Virus record (IMG/VR): IMGVR_UViG_3300049259_000219
Source: an uncultured virus (IMG/VR IMGVR_UViG_3300049259_000219)
Taxonomy: Duplodnaviria > Heunggongvirae > Uroviricota > Caudoviricetes
Direction: 5' to 3' (one strand)
DNA length: 64,000 nt
Below, one piece after another: positions 38,961-49,284 of this stretch; positions within the stretch are counted from its first letter, which is position 1; every line of letters starts with the position of its first letter. A model generated the notes under the pieces. It searched no databases. It saw nothing but the letters and a program-made list of their open reading frames with translations, and was not told where the DNA came from. Made by a program: the position numbers and the translations under genes.

Positions 38961-39809
38961 ATGGATCTCTCCTCCGCTAAAATCTCCAGCCGCGAAACGG
39001 AACGCCGGGTGCAGGAGCTCCTCTACGAATGGACCCGGCAATACTTCACCGGCCAGCCACACACCAGCAAGCAGGGGGACGTCACCTTTCCCGAGGTCGA
39101 CATCTTCTTCAACCAGACGCAGATCGCCAGCCCGACGAACAAGCCGCAGCTCCACTTCGTCTTCAGCGACTTCCGAGCCCAGGAGACCTGGTGGGCCTCC
39201 GGCGATCTTTCCGCGTGGACAAGCACTCTGTCCAATCCGGCCAGCGGCGTGAGCTACGGCGCCACGCAGCGCGGCACGATCGAGGAAGCGGTGCACGGCA
39301 AGCTCGTCCGCACGATCCCCGGCACTGACATTCGATGGACGGTCGGAGACGACGGCCTCCACGAAGAAGCCTTCACCGATGAATGGACCGAAGTCCGCTT
39401 CCTCGCGGACGCGGACAGTCTCCGCTGGATCAGGGAGCAGGGCAATTACATCGAGCAGACCCGCACCACCGGCACCACGACATGGATCACGCGCCGCACG
39501 ATCGGCACCGGCCATCCAGCGTGGGACGGCGCGCGCAAGCTCGTCGTCGTGGAGCTGACCGTCATGCTCTTCGTGCGGACGGTGAATATCGGCGACAACG
39601 GTGAACACGGCGAACACGTCTGCCGGCGAGTGAGCGACCACGTGAAGGAGATCCTCACCGACGAGGAGGCGCGCGCGAGCCTGATGCAGAAAGGATTCCG
39701 ACGCGTGGTCATCACGCATGGACCTGCCCCGATGATGAGTTCCGGATTTCAAACGCGCCTCATCACGCTGAACGCCGGCGTTCGGTACTTCCTCCCCCGG
39801 CTGCAATAA
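38961..39809 (+). CDS. hypothetical protein, opposite strand within the tail module
   Basis: 282 aa with good codon bias; perfect motif A palindrome directly after the stop. Confidence 0.75.
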   Translation: MDLSSAKISSRETERRVQELLYEWTRQYFTGQPHTSKQGDVTFPEVDIFFNQTQIASPTNKPQLHFVFSDFRAQETWWASGDLSAWTSTLSNPASGVSYGATQRGTIEEAVHGKLVRTIPGTDIRWTVGDDGLHEEAFTDEWTEVRFLADADSLRWIREQGNYIEQTRTTGTTTWITRRTIGTGHPAWDGARKLVVVELTVMLFVRTVNIGDNGEHGEHVCRRVSDHVKEILTDEEARASLMQKGFRRVVITHGPAPMMSSGFQTRLITLNAGVRYFLPRLQ

Positions 39810-39923
39810 TTCGCGGTACGCGTACCGCGAAAGTGGCACCCCGGCCGCCCGGGATGCCACTCCCATTCTCGTTTCCCAGCTGTTTATACTGGAGCCGCGA
39901 AAGTACACGGCACCGGCCAGCGG

Positions 39924-40565
39924 TCAAGCGCCGAGCGTCCCGATCACCCGATGGACAAACCGACGCCAGTCGCCAAGCACCCGCGGAGCGAAGACGGCGA
40001 GCCAGGCCTTCAAGACTTCCGGCAGAAGCCCCTGCGCATCACCACGCTTCTCGGCCGCGAGGAATCTTTGCACGGCCGCCTCGAGCCCAACGGCTCCCGG
40101 CTTCTGGAGACGTAGCGCATACATGATGCGCCAGGCAATCTGCAGGTCGGTCTTGCCGTCATCCCGCTCATCGAGATTCTTCCCCGGCTCATCCGCGCTC
40201 TCCTTCTGGCGGCCCGCCGCCACGAACCGCTCGACCTGCGCCACAGTCAGACCGCTGAGCTGATAGTTGCGTGAGTCGGTCGCGGCCGCTGGCTGGCCCG
40301 AAGCCGCCTCCTGATCGAGGGCGATCATGATGCCGACCTCTTCTTCGGTGACGAGGTAGGCCACGACCTGATTCGCCAGAACCTGCGCCTGCCCCGCCCA
40401 AATCGCCGGGTCCGCGTCGCCCGGCCGTAGATTGGTCAGGACTTGCAGGGCGACCGCGCGCGCCAGGTCCCGGTAAGCCAGATAGTTCTCCGCATAGAAA
40501 TCCTGCGGCCGCATCAGTACGGACCGCACACCTTGGAGCCGACTGATCGCCGTCTTGAGATTCAC
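39924..40565 (-). CDS. putative virion morphogenesis protein
   Basis: Position in the head-tail module. Confidence 0.55.
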   Translation of the reverse strand: MNLKTAISRLQGVRSVLMRPQDFYAENYLAYRDLARAVALQVLTNLRPGDADPAIWAGQAQVLANQVVAYLVTEEEVGIMIALDQEAASGQPAAATDSRNYQLSGLTVAQVERFVAAGRQKESADEPGKNLDERDDGKTDLQIAWRIMYALRLQKPGAVGLEAAVQRFLAAEKRGDAQGLLPEVLKAWLAVFAPRVLGDWRRFVHRVIGTLGA

Positions 40566-40981
40566 GGCTTTAGCCGCAACAGTAGCGTGCGGGTCATCGG
40601 CACCCCACCAAGCACCACGTCCCAGAACTCGACCACCTGCTTGCCCGAGCTGGCCTGCACGTAGATCTGACCATCCGGCAACTCGAAGACCAGCCCCGGC
40701 AATTCGAGATTCACGGACGGCTCAAAGGAGATGATCGCGTCGCCGGCGCGGAACTCTGTGAAGTTGCGCTCGATCGCTCGCGCGGAGACGTAGTGAATCA
40801 GGGCCGGGATCGTCGCCGTGGCCGCCACGGGTGCCGCGTAGGTCGCCTCCAAATTCGGATCAGATGGCAGCTCCGCGGTGTTCCAGCGCAGGATCACATC
40901 ACCGGCGTTCAGCAAACGCCCCTCAGTGATGGCGCCCAAGTGCCTGGCGAAGGTGGAAGGCAGGGTATGCAGCGACATCAT
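40562..40981 (-). CDS. putative head closure/adaptor protein
   Basis: Size, beta-rich C-terminus and position. Confidence 0.5.
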   Translation of the reverse strand: MMSLHTLPSTFARHLGAITEGRLLNAGDVILRWNTAELPSDPNLEATYAAPVAATATIPALIHYVSARAIERNFTEFRAGDAIISFEPSVNLELPGLVFELPDGQIYVQASSGKQVVEFWDVVLGGVPMTRTLLLRLKP

Positions 40982-41147
40982 AGCTTCACTCCGTTCCAAC
41001 GCACGGTGCCGTAGGTGGCAGGCAGCTTGCCTTTCCCCTCACCCTTCAGCGAGCGAACGACCGCGGCATCCATCTCGGACAGATTGCCGGAAGGATATGC
41101 CTCGCAGCGACGAGCCTTCGGTTTTGTGCCGCAGGTCTTTTGAATCC

Positions 41148-42050
41148 TCATACTTCAGCGACTTCGTTGATGGTTGGAAACAGGCAGAGCGGCGCCGTCA
41201 GCGACAAGAGCCACACGTTTTCGGTCGTTCGAAATTCAAAGTCCCCTTCATCCGGATCTTCCCCCTCCTCGACATTGACCACGACCAGCGTGCCGTCCGC
41301 ACCCAGGGAGGCGACACGCGCTCCAGAGACAAAGAACTCCAGCCGCGGCAAAGAGTCGAGAAACGTGGAGCCCGTCGCCACCAGGTTCACCACGCTCGTC
41401 CCGGCCGCATTCGCGAACAGCGCCGGCACGCCGTCGAAGACAATCTCCATGGAAGTGTCATTAATCACGATCTCGGCCCGGCCCGTCAAATCAGCGAGCG
41501 GCAGCAGCTCCCGCGAATCGGAGTCGTACGAGTAAAGGTCGACATCGTCGAACTCACTCACATAGCGCACCACCCCGACCAGAGCCGGCCGGTCCGTGGG
41601 ATCAGAAGTGAGCAGCGACCCCTCCGCCTCCGCCATCGACTCGGCGCGGAAACGCAGCGACTGGTACGTGCTATCCTCAATCCGCTGCCCCCGCGACGTG
41701 ACCCCGGAGTAAGTTCGCTTGGTCCAGATCGCCGCGTCCTCATCGCGCCAGATCATGACCATCGCATACCGCACGTTCCGCTCATGCCCCCTCGGCATCC
41801 GCGCCGCCCCCTCTGACTGGTCATGGAGCCAGACGTTTTTCAACTCGATCGTGTGCTCCTCGTCATCGTGCCGTTCCACCGCATGCCGCAAACCCATGTA
41901 CTCGAGCCGCCGCGGCGTGAAGCTCTGGTCAAGCGTGGCCGACTCCACACAGCCGCCGAGATAGACATTCGCCGCCGGGTTCCCCTGCGCATCCAGCAGG
42001 AACAGGAAGACCTGCGCGTCGAGAATGGTGAAGGGGGTGCGATTGGACAC
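41148..42050 (-). CDS. putative virion structural protein
   Basis: 300 aa, acidic and beta-rich; position. Confidence 0.55.
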   Translation of the reverse strand: MSNRTPFTILDAQVFLFLLDAQGNPAANVYLGGCVESATLDQSFTPRRLEYMGLRHAVERHDDEEHTIELKNVWLHDQSEGAARMPRGHERNVRYAMVMIWRDEDAAIWTKRTYSGVTSRGQRIEDSTYQSLRFRAESMAEAEGSLLTSDPTDRPALVGVVRYVSEFDDVDLYSYDSDSRELLPLADLTGRAEIVINDTSMEIVFDGVPALFANAAGTSVVNLVATGSTFLDSLPRLEFFVSGARVASLGADGTLVVVNVEEGEDPDEGDFEFRTTENVWLLSLTAPLCLFPTINEVAEV

Positions 42051-42066
42051 GGTGAAAGTTACTTTT

Positions 42067-42576
42067 TCAAATCACGATCTCGCCGAGCGGAGAAGCCACC
42101 GCGATGCTCGTCTGCCCGATCGCCTGCTCCAGCAGACCCTCGCTCCGACCATGCGGCAACGCCACCAGATATTGCTGCAAAGACTGGACCGTTGTCCAAA
42201 AACCGCCGCCGCCCCGGATCGCATTGATGCGGCTCCGCAAATCCCAAAGCAGGTCCGACTTGCGCTCGCCCTTGTCGTTCACCGACAACGTCCGCGTGGT
42301 AAATGAGAACGCCCCATCTTCACCCGCGATCATCATCAGGCAGGCGTCATAGACGAGCAGCGCCGCATCGTCCCCGAGCTTGATGTCCGGCTCGATCGAC
42401 ACCGCCGTGAAAGGGTTGCCAACCAGCGCGTAGCCGGTTGGACCGCGCCCCATCATGATGGCCCCGCGGAGCGCGGAGACCAGTGCGGACTCACTGTACT
42501 TCCAGGCACCGTGAACCTCGCGGTCGCCCAGAATGACACGCATGAGATCCAGGAGGGAGGCGAAGGTCGTGGCCAT
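42067..42576 (-). CDS. putative head-tail connector
   Basis: Helical ~170 aa downstream of the capsid gene. Confidence 0.5.
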   Translation of the reverse strand: MATTFASLLDLMRVILGDREVHGAWKYSESALVSALRGAIMMGRGPTGYALVGNPFTAVSIEPDIKLGDDAALLVYDACLMMIAGEDGAFSFTTRTLSVNDKGERKSDLLWDLRSRINAIRGGGGFWTTVQSLQQYLVALPHGRSEGLLEQAIGQTSIAVASPLGEIVI

Positions 42577-42672
42577 AGGGTTATTAAACCGAAGGCCGCC
42601 CCGCATCGAGCCCGCCGTTAAAACGGCAGGAGACGCGGGTCGGCCCCGGTAACTAGAGACTATGATGCAGGG

Positions 42673-43740
42673 TTAGACGAATCCAGCAAAGACTTCGTAC
42701 ATGCCCGAAGCGGACGCTTCGGCCTCGGCCTCGCCGTCGCCCTTCTTGATGCTCACGACAGGGCGCCAGCCGGTCAGCACGAGCCGCTCGGTCAAAATGC
42801 GATCATCCTTGTGCGTCTCGACCATGACCGTCACACGGTGACCATTCACCCGCGCCAGGCCATCAGCGACGCTGCCGTACTTGGCGGTGAACTCGGCACT
42901 TACCGCCTCACTGCGACCCTTCTTGACCCAGCGCGACCCATCGAAGCCGCACGGGATCGAGACGGACTTGCCGACCGGAATCGGGATGCTCTTATCCGTG
43001 GCGCACATGATCTGCGTGTACGAGTCCCGGTTCGGCAGGGCCATGATGAAGAACTTGTTTCCGGCACGGCCGCCCGAGACCTCATCCACCGACACGATGC
43101 TGCGAATCGTGCGATTCTCGTTCCCGTTGCCGTCGACGATGAAATCCACCCCGAGCCCGGGAGGGAAGTTGAAGGACGCATCCTGCGCCGTTCCCGGCGG
43201 AGAGAAGGTCGCCGTCGCCGTGGTGGCCACGTCATTCACCGGACCCTGCACGCTGCCCGCCGTCCCCGCCACCGTCACGGTGACCGGCACCGAGAAGGTC
43301 GTGGAACTGAGCACCGTCACCACCCGCGGACCGTTCAAGGTCGGGGTGCTGTTGGAGCCCGTGATCGTGACCGTCTGGCCGCTGGTCAGGCCGTGTGTTC
43401 CCGTCGTGACAACGGATGGGTTCGCCGCCGTGTTGCCCGTGATGGTCAGCGGTCCGGGGACAATCCCGGCCATCATCACATTGAGCACAACCACGATCTC
43501 CTCATTGCTCAACACGGCGCCGTTGCAGATGAGCTGAAGATCGCGCCCCACCGAAGTAACTTCGGGAGCGCGATAAGTGCGATCGAAGACGATGGTGCCA
43601 TCGTCGACCGCTTCCTGCTCGAGATCGGCCAGCAGCCGGCCAGGCTCGTAAGAGACAAGGACACGCGACTCCGCACCGATTTCGGCGGAGATGGCGATAT
43701 CGAGATCCTCGTCGGGAATCGTGGGAATTTGGTATCTCAT
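42673..43740 (-). CDS. virion structural protein (possible tail tube) with inserted FCCH-like beta domain
   Basis: Follows the capsid gene; contains HGLTSGQTVTITG domain. Confidence 0.55.
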   Translation of the reverse strand: MRYQIPTIPDEDLDIAISAEIGAESRVLVSYEPGRLLADLEQEAVDDGTIVFDRTYRAPEVTSVGRDLQLICNGAVLSNEEIVVVLNVMMAGIVPGPLTITGNTAANPSVVTTGTHGLTSGQTVTITGSNSTPTLNGPRVVTVLSSTTFSVPVTVTVAGTAGSVQGPVNDVATTATATFSPPGTAQDASFNFPPGLGVDFIVDGNGNENRTIRSIVSVDEVSGGRAGNKFFIMALPNRDSYTQIMCATDKSIPIPVGKSVSIPCGFDGSRWVKKGRSEAVSAEFTAKYGSVADGLARVNGHRVTVMVETHKDDRILTERLVLTGWRPVVSIKKGDGEAEAEASASGMYEVFAGFV

Positions 43741-43792
43741 ATTTTTGCGAACTGGTTTGCGTTACGCGTACCGCGAATTGGAAGGCGAAGGA

Positions 43793-44977
43793 TTACCGGG
43801 CCGTGTGATAACGCACCGCCGCGACGTTGATGCGCGCCGTGTTCGGCAGACCCCAGCCGATGGCCTTGACCATGGACATGGAGCCTTTGTTCTGACGACG
43901 AAGGTTGATGCTCGTGTCATCGAATACCTCGTCCATGAACGGCTTCGTAAACAGCGTGCCTGCCGTCTTGTTCATCCGGACGTAAGCCAGGCCGAGATCA
44001 GGATCGAGCGTGGAGTCAGGGATGATGGTCCACTTGACGCCGGCGTAATCGAAGATGAAGCCCGTTGCCATGATCTGATCAGTCAGCGCGTTCGACTGGG
44101 TTGTCAGCGAAACCTGACTCAGGAAGCCCATCGCCTCCGAGGAAGGAATGTAGACAGCGACCGGCTGCAACATGCCATCAGGCCATGCGTCGCCCCAAGC
44201 CGCCACGTACTGGAGGATCGCATCGAGCGATTCTTTCCGGAACGGGCTGGTGGTCGACATCGTGCCACCCGAGATCAGCAGGTTGGTCGTCGGGATGTTC
44301 TTGAGGTTGACCCCGTTGTCGAGGAAGTAGGTCCGCAGCGTGGAGGGGCCGGTGGTGACGAAGTTGCCGATCTGGCCGACCAGGTAAGGCCAGGCCAGAG
44401 ACTCGATCTTGCGATCAAGCTCCCACGACATATCGACCAGGGCCTTGGACTCTTCCGCAACCGAGCCGCGGTACATATCCTTGAGCGGGTATTCGTACTC
44501 CGCCGTGCTCAGCAGGTTGAGCTGGATCTGCACCCGCTCGCGCTGGCGATCGGCCTGCGCTTTCTTGGCCCGGCCGTCCTGACCAATGAACGAGACCGTG
44601 AGGCGCGCCTTCGTTTCGTTGACGAACTCCGGCACCTCGTTCTGCGCCAGCTCGATCGTATCGAAGAACTGCATGACGTTCGAGCGAGCGAAGAGCAGAT
44701 TCTTCAGCTTGATCTCGCGGATCTGCGTCATCTCAGCCGTCGCCGCCGCATCGCCCCCGCGATGGCGCGCCAGAAGCTCGTGGAGATCCTTCTGATTGGC
44801 CTCGACTTGCGCGGCGCGCTCCTCGGCCGTGGCCGTCGGATCGCCGGTCAGGTTGAGGATCATCGAATCCAAGTCCCGGCCCACTGCTTCGGCAGTGGCG
44901 GGCTGGAGGAGGTCGGCCCGCTGGCGCAACTGCCGCAGGTAAGGGAGCATTTTGAAGTTCGCCGAGGAAGTTCTCAT
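43793..44977 (-). CDS. putative major capsid protein
   Basis: 394 aa, strong codon bias; canonical order protease-scaffold-decoration-capsid. Confidence 0.65.
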   Translation of the reverse strand: MRTSSANFKMLPYLRQLRQRADLLQPATAEAVGRDLDSMILNLTGDPTATAEERAAQVEANQKDLHELLARHRGGDAAATAEMTQIREIKLKNLLFARSNVMQFFDTIELAQNEVPEFVNETKARLTVSFIGQDGRAKKAQADRQRERVQIQLNLLSTAEYEYPLKDMYRGSVAEESKALVDMSWELDRKIESLAWPYLVGQIGNFVTTGPSTLRTYFLDNGVNLKNIPTTNLLISGGTMSTTSPFRKESLDAILQYVAAWGDAWPDGMLQPVAVYIPSSEAMGFLSQVSLTTQSNALTDQIMATGFIFDYAGVKWTIIPDSTLDPDLGLAYVRMNKTAGTLFTKPFMDEVFDDTSINLRRQNKGSMSMVKAIGWGLPNTARINVAAVRYHTAR

Positions 44978-45030
44978 AGATTCAGGCTTTTGGTAAGGAC
45001 GCTAGGGACGGGTGGTTTTGTTGACGCGGG

Positions 45031-45756
45031 TTAGATGGCCTCGACTTCCACGAGCAACCGGAAATTGGCCTCATCGACGGGAGCGAGATGGCCGCGGAGC
45101 CAGCCGAAGCGCTCCGGGTGCGGCACCTGCACGCTGCCCGTGGTACCCACCACGGTCACCGTCACAGGCACCGAGAAGGTGCGGGCCGAAATAACCGTCA
45201 CCACACGCGGGCCGTTGAGCGTCGGCGTGGAGTCGCTGCCACTGATGACGATCGTCTGCCCGCTGGTCAGGCCGTGGTCCTCCGTGGTGGTCACCACCGT
45301 CGCCGCCGCGACCGTGTTCCCCGAGATGGTGCGGTCCATCACATCGCCACGCAGGGCGAGCTTGCCCGCGAGCGTGGTCAGTTCCACGTCGACCGGCGTA
45401 TCGGCCGCCAACGCCTGCGCGCCGGTGATCTGGATCAGGTCGGAGCCCTCCACCTCGTACTCACGGACGAACCGCGCCGAGACGAAGTTATTGATCAGCT
45501 CCGGCGTGAGGATGTTGTCGCCGTACAGGATCTGCGCCAGCGGAATTGCGGTGGCGTCGATCACGTCACGCTCCAGTAGCGCGGCCCGGACACCAGTCGC
45601 CTTTTCGAAGGCCGCCTCATCGCAGAAGACGCCAGCCTTGCCGGCGATGGAGGAGGGAAGGATGCGGACCAGCGTGCCGCGGATCATGGCCGCAGTCGCT
45701 TTGCCGCTGATGGACGCACCGTCTTCGGCGCGAGTGACTCTGACAGAGGTGGACAT
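45031..45756 (-). CDS. putative capsid decoration protein with FCCH-like beta domain
   Basis: Between scaffold and capsid genes; contains HGLTSGQTIVISG domain. Confidence 0.55.
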   Translation of the reverse strand: MSTSVRVTRAEDGASISGKATAAMIRGTLVRILPSSIAGKAGVFCDEAAFEKATGVRAALLERDVIDATAIPLAQILYGDNILTPELINNFVSARFVREYEVEGSDLIQITGAQALAADTPVDVELTTLAGKLALRGDVMDRTISGNTVAAATVVTTTEDHGLTSGQTIVISGSDSTPTLNGPRVVTVISARTFSVPVTVTVVGTTGSVQVPHPERFGWLRGHLAPVDEANFRLLVEVEAI

Positions 45757-45814
45757 ATAGAAGGACTGGTAGGACTGCGTTTGGTTGGCTTTTGGTTATC
45801 CGAAAGTTACGAGG

Positions 45815-46543
45815 TTACAGAAGGTTGCGACGGAAGCCGGCGGTCTCGGCAGGAACGCCGCCAGCGCCGGGCATGAGCGGATTGATCGGCACGACCGGCG
45901 CGGGGACCACTGGCATCTTCTTAGAAGCGGTTGCGGCGGCCGTCACGAACTGAAGCCGCTGAGTGAAGATCGCCTCGCCGTCGGCATCAAGAGGGATGGA
46001 GGCGACTTCCGCGATGACCTCGCCCGCCGTCTCGGCCGTAACGCCCAGGTCACCAAAGAGTTTGATGCGGCTACCCACTTTCGCCGCGCTCCCGAGATAG
46101 TCGTCGGCTCCGAGCACCGTGTCAGAGAGCCGTTCCGCGGCGACGGCGGGAAGGATCTTGTCCGTGATGATCTGCTGACGACGGGAAGCGACCTTGTCCC
46201 GGCCAACCTGCTCCGCCGTAATGGTGTTGCGCACGTCTTTTTCGACCGCGATGCGCGCGGCGGAGAGCGCCGCCTCATGGTCGGTCTTGGCGATATAGTT
46301 GCCAGCCGTCACCGCCTCGGCCACCGCTTCGGCGCCGAGCTTGGCCGCGACTTCCGTCATCGACTTGTTGATGGTTTCCGTGAACTCCACCAGTTCGTTC
46401 GCCTGCCGCTGCAAGGCACGAAAGCAATAGGCGAGCTCGCTGCTCGCTTCGAATTGCTCCAAGGGAGGCAGACCTTGGAGGGTCAGATTGGCCTTGGCCT
46501 TGAGCTCCGTGAGAAAGCCGAGAAAGTCCTGAAGATTCGTCAT
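45815..46543 (-). CDS. putative scaffolding protein
   Basis: Ala-rich helical protein with Pro-rich tail; position. Confidence 0.5.
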   Translation of the reverse strand: MTNLQDFLGFLTELKAKANLTLQGLPPLEQFEASSELAYCFRALQRQANELVEFTETINKSMTEVAAKLGAEAVAEAVTAGNYIAKTDHEAALSAARIAVEKDVRNTITAEQVGRDKVASRRQQIITDKILPAVAAERLSDTVLGADDYLGSAAKVGSRIKLFGDLGVTAETAGEVIAEVASIPLDADGEAIFTQRLQFVTAAATASKKMPVVPAPVVPINPLMPGAGGVPAETAGFRRNLL

Positions 46544-46804
46544 AAGTGGTGGTTTGGTACGCGAGAAGAATTGCGGTGAAGTCTTTCCCAAACGCGCCTC
46601 CCCCAACTCTGACAAGAACTTTCTCGCGGAAAGTTACTTTTAACCCCTGCCGACCAGCAAAGGATTGAGCTGTAGAACAAGTCGAAGGCACTCCCCTCCA
46701 GCGGGCAAATCTCGTACGCCATCAGCGTGCGCAGGATTGCAGGATCAACCCGGCTGCGAATAAGGCGAGCAGCGCCAGGCAGAGGGTAAAAAAGGTGTCC
46801 GCCT

Positions 46805-47062
46805 TCATCGGGCCGGTTCGCCATTCCACAAGCGGTCAAAGTTGGCCAGCGCCTCGGCGGGCGCGCTGCCGAACGATTGCAAGTGATGGCGGTCGGCCTT
46901 GGCAGTCCACGCGTCATTGTATGGACCGCGCACCACGGCTCCATACTGGATATGGGGCGGCATCACGGGTCTCGTCTGCGCGGCCCGCAGCTCCTCAATT
47001 TCATGGATCAACTCACCCTTCGTCACCAGATCCGGATTGATCGGGTTCGAGCGGTTTCTCAC
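46805..47062 (-). CDS. hypothetical protein
   Basis: Coupled to the upstream gene; FGSAPAEALANFD. Confidence 0.55.
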   Translation of the reverse strand: MRNRSNPINPDLVTKGELIHEIEELRAAQTRPVMPPHIQYGAVVRGPYNDAWTAKADRHHLQSFGSAPAEALANFDRLWNGEPAR

Positions 47063-48072
47063 GAGAGCATCCCCTGAACATCGGTGTACCGCCGCAGCAC
47101 CAGCCTGGAGTCAGGCAGCCGGATCTTCAGAACTGGATTCTCAGGCTTGCCCTCCAGTCGCATCGGGAGCCCCGGAATCGAAGCGAGCCCCTCAGCCACC
47201 ACCTCGATAATCTTTCCCACCCGCCCGGACTTGAAAGCAATCTGCATCCCAATCATCTCCTGCGTCTGCCGCTCCGCCGTCACGATAAAGAGCGTCTCCG
47301 CCTCCAACTCCTTTTTCTCGGCCTGCACCGCCACGATGCGCGCCGCATGCTCCGCCGGGTTGCTGGTCATGCCCACGCCCCTGAACTGGATCGGCGCGCC
47401 AGTCCCGTACAGGACGACGAGCTGCTCATTCCCCATCTTGCCGACATGCGGCATGACGGAACCCTTGTACGGCGAAAGGCACTTGGCGACGTTCGCGGGT
47501 AGATCGAGGATCGGCCACGTCTCGCCCGTGCTCAGTCGATGGATGCCGATATTGCCGAACGCGGTCGTGGTTTCGATCGAAACATTTTGCTTCACGCGGC
47601 TGGTCAGATGATCGCCGAGCAACTTGTTGACCCCCTCAGCCAGCTTGAAGATCGTCGCCACCGCACGGATCGGCACCGCCTGGCCGGCGACCCATCCACC
47701 CATCGGCTTTTTCGGGTAACTGGTCGCCACGACACACCCGATGATGCGATCGCGGGCAATCTTATCGTCCTCGGCCGCGTAAGCCTTGATTAGATGCCGG
47801 ATATTGAATTGCTGATGCAGCAACGTGGGGTGACTGACCTGCAAAGTATCCGACGTGTAACCAATGAAGTTCTCCGCCTGCACGGGGCCGGCCACCTCCG
47901 GCAAGCTGTGACAGATATCGAACTCGAGATAGGCCTTGCACGAGTCCGCCTGAAAGCCCGCCGCCGCCGCCAGCGAAGTTTCCTCAGCCGTCACCCCGAC
48001 GTCCACGACCCGGATATTCTCGATACGAATCTTGCTCTGGATGCTGGACGAGGTGTTGGCGGAGTAGGGCAT
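47059..48072 (-). CDS. putative prohead maturation protease
   Basis: Position; His, VSIE and GVGMTSNPA segments reminiscent of phage proteases; motif A runs into ATG. Confidence 0.5.
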   Translation of the reverse strand: MPYSANTSSSIQSKIRIENIRVVDVGVTAEETSLAAAAGFQADSCKAYLEFDICHSLPEVAGPVQAENFIGYTSDTLQVSHPTLLHQQFNIRHLIKAYAAEDDKIARDRIIGCVVATSYPKKPMGGWVAGQAVPIRAVATIFKLAEGVNKLLGDHLTSRVKQNVSIETTTAFGNIGIHRLSTGETWPILDLPANVAKCLSPYKGSVMPHVGKMGNEQLVVLYGTGAPIQFRGVGMTSNPAEHAARIVAVQAEKKELEAETLFIVTAERQTQEMIGMQIAFKSGRVGKIIEVVAEGLASIPGLPMRLEGKPENPVLKIRLPDSRLVLRRYTDVQGMLS

Positions 48073-48096
48073 TTTACGGTACGCGTTACGCGAATT

Positions 48097-48906
48097 TTAG
48101 CGGTCGATTTCCACGAGCTTGGCCTCGGCCAGTCGCCGGCGCTTCATGCCGGCATAGATGCTTTTACCTTCCCACACGCGAGGCATCCGCCGGTACTGGT
48201 CGGCCATGGCCCCGTAATCCTTTTGCGGCTTAGCTCCGATATCGCGGATCTCCCGCATCTCCCGCCGCGCATCGCCAGCCATCGAGACGCCCCGGTTGAA
48301 GCTGAGCGAGATGGCGGCATCGCGAGGATGGTCGCGGTAGTTGATGAAATCAGGGAAGGCGCGTCGGCATTGCGCATAAGTCCGTGCCACGTCGACCCGC
48401 TGATAGACCGCAACGGCCTGCTCCCAGGTAATCACGATGTCCTTCACGGCGGCGTAGGCCCGCTCCATCTGCGCATTCGTGCCATAGAACGGCTGGGTCG
48501 CGGCGAGCCGCCTGGCGTTCACCTCCCCAACATACGGCGTCCAATCTTGCAGGATGACCGCCGCCGAGTTTTGGTGCGCATCGTAGCCAATACCCCAAGT
48601 AACCCCGCTGTAGCGATCGCCCTTCCCGATGTACTCAGGATGCGGCCACTTGTTGTACTGCCACTTGCCGCCGACCTCGAACTCCAGCACGAGCTCGAGC
48701 CCGGCCGCACTCATCTCCACCGACGGAGGCAGCCCAATCAAGGGTGCCTTCTCGACGGCCGGGGACTGCTTCGCCAACGGCTCCTTGCGCTCAATCTCCG
48801 CCGGCTGACTGCCCGCGTTGCCCTGACCGATGACTGGCGCGGCGACTTCGAGGACGGGCTTGCAGCCAGCCAACGAGACCACGAGAGAAAGAAGGAGCAG
48901 GCGCAT
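48097..48906 (-). CDS. endolysin, lysozyme-like, with lipoprotein signal
   Basis: LEFEVG, SGVTWGIGYD, AISLSFNRG, RRLAEAKL; N-terminus MRLLLLSLVVSLAGC. Confidence 0.8.
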   Translation of the reverse strand: MRLLLLSLVVSLAGCKPVLEVAAPVIGQGNAGSQPAEIERKEPLAKQSPAVEKAPLIGLPPSVEMSAAGLELVLEFEVGGKWQYNKWPHPEYIGKGDRYSGVTWGIGYDAHQNSAAVILQDWTPYVGEVNARRLAATQPFYGTNAQMERAYAAVKDIVITWEQAVAVYQRVDVARTYAQCRRAFPDFINYRDHPRDAAISLSFNRGVSMAGDARREMREIRDIGAKPQKDYGAMADQYRRMPRVWEGKSIYAGMKRRRLAEAKLVEIDR

Positions 48907-49280
48907 CAGTGAAGGAAGTGAAGAAACAACCACAGCAGGCCCAAGGTGTACGACCGCGAAATCACCAGCTCCCACCGATCGGTAATCCCGTCGCCGTTCA
49001 CATCGTCAGGATGCAGCACAACGCCCGGCTCCTTCTCCTTCCCTACCCGGCTCTTCCGGTTCAGCGTGCTGTGACTTTTAACGAACGTGGTAAACGCGAT
49101 CGCCAGCACAATGGCAATCGCGTTGTAGCCGAAGACGATCAGCACACCCGGGCCGTCATCCGGCGGGCGGCCGGTCAGGTAGTAGACGAAATGGATGGAG
49201 AGAATGATCAGCCCCAGGATGACTGGAAGCAGGACATAGAAGCTCCGATGCAGTTTGAGATGTTCGTATACGGTTTTCAT
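48906..49280 (-). CDS. putative holin (3 hydrophobic segments)
   Basis: Small multi-TM protein abutting the endolysin. Confidence 0.6.
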   Translation of the reverse strand: MKTVYEHLKLHRSFYVLLPVILGLIILSIHFVYYLTGRPPDDGPGVLIVFGYNAIAIVLAIAFTTFVKSHSTLNRKSRVGKEKEPGVVLHPDDVNGDGITDRWELVISRSYTLGLLWLFLHFLH

Positions 49281-49284
49281 GGCG

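Noticed and set aside
43246..45330. Repeat pair as DGR template and variable repeats
   Set aside because: No reverse transcriptase in the window; differences are not adenine-specific and both copies are coding
45035..45760. Plus-strand ORF the same length as the decoration gene
   Set aside because: The minus-strand gene fits the operon and shares a domain with 42673-43740; equal length looks coincidental
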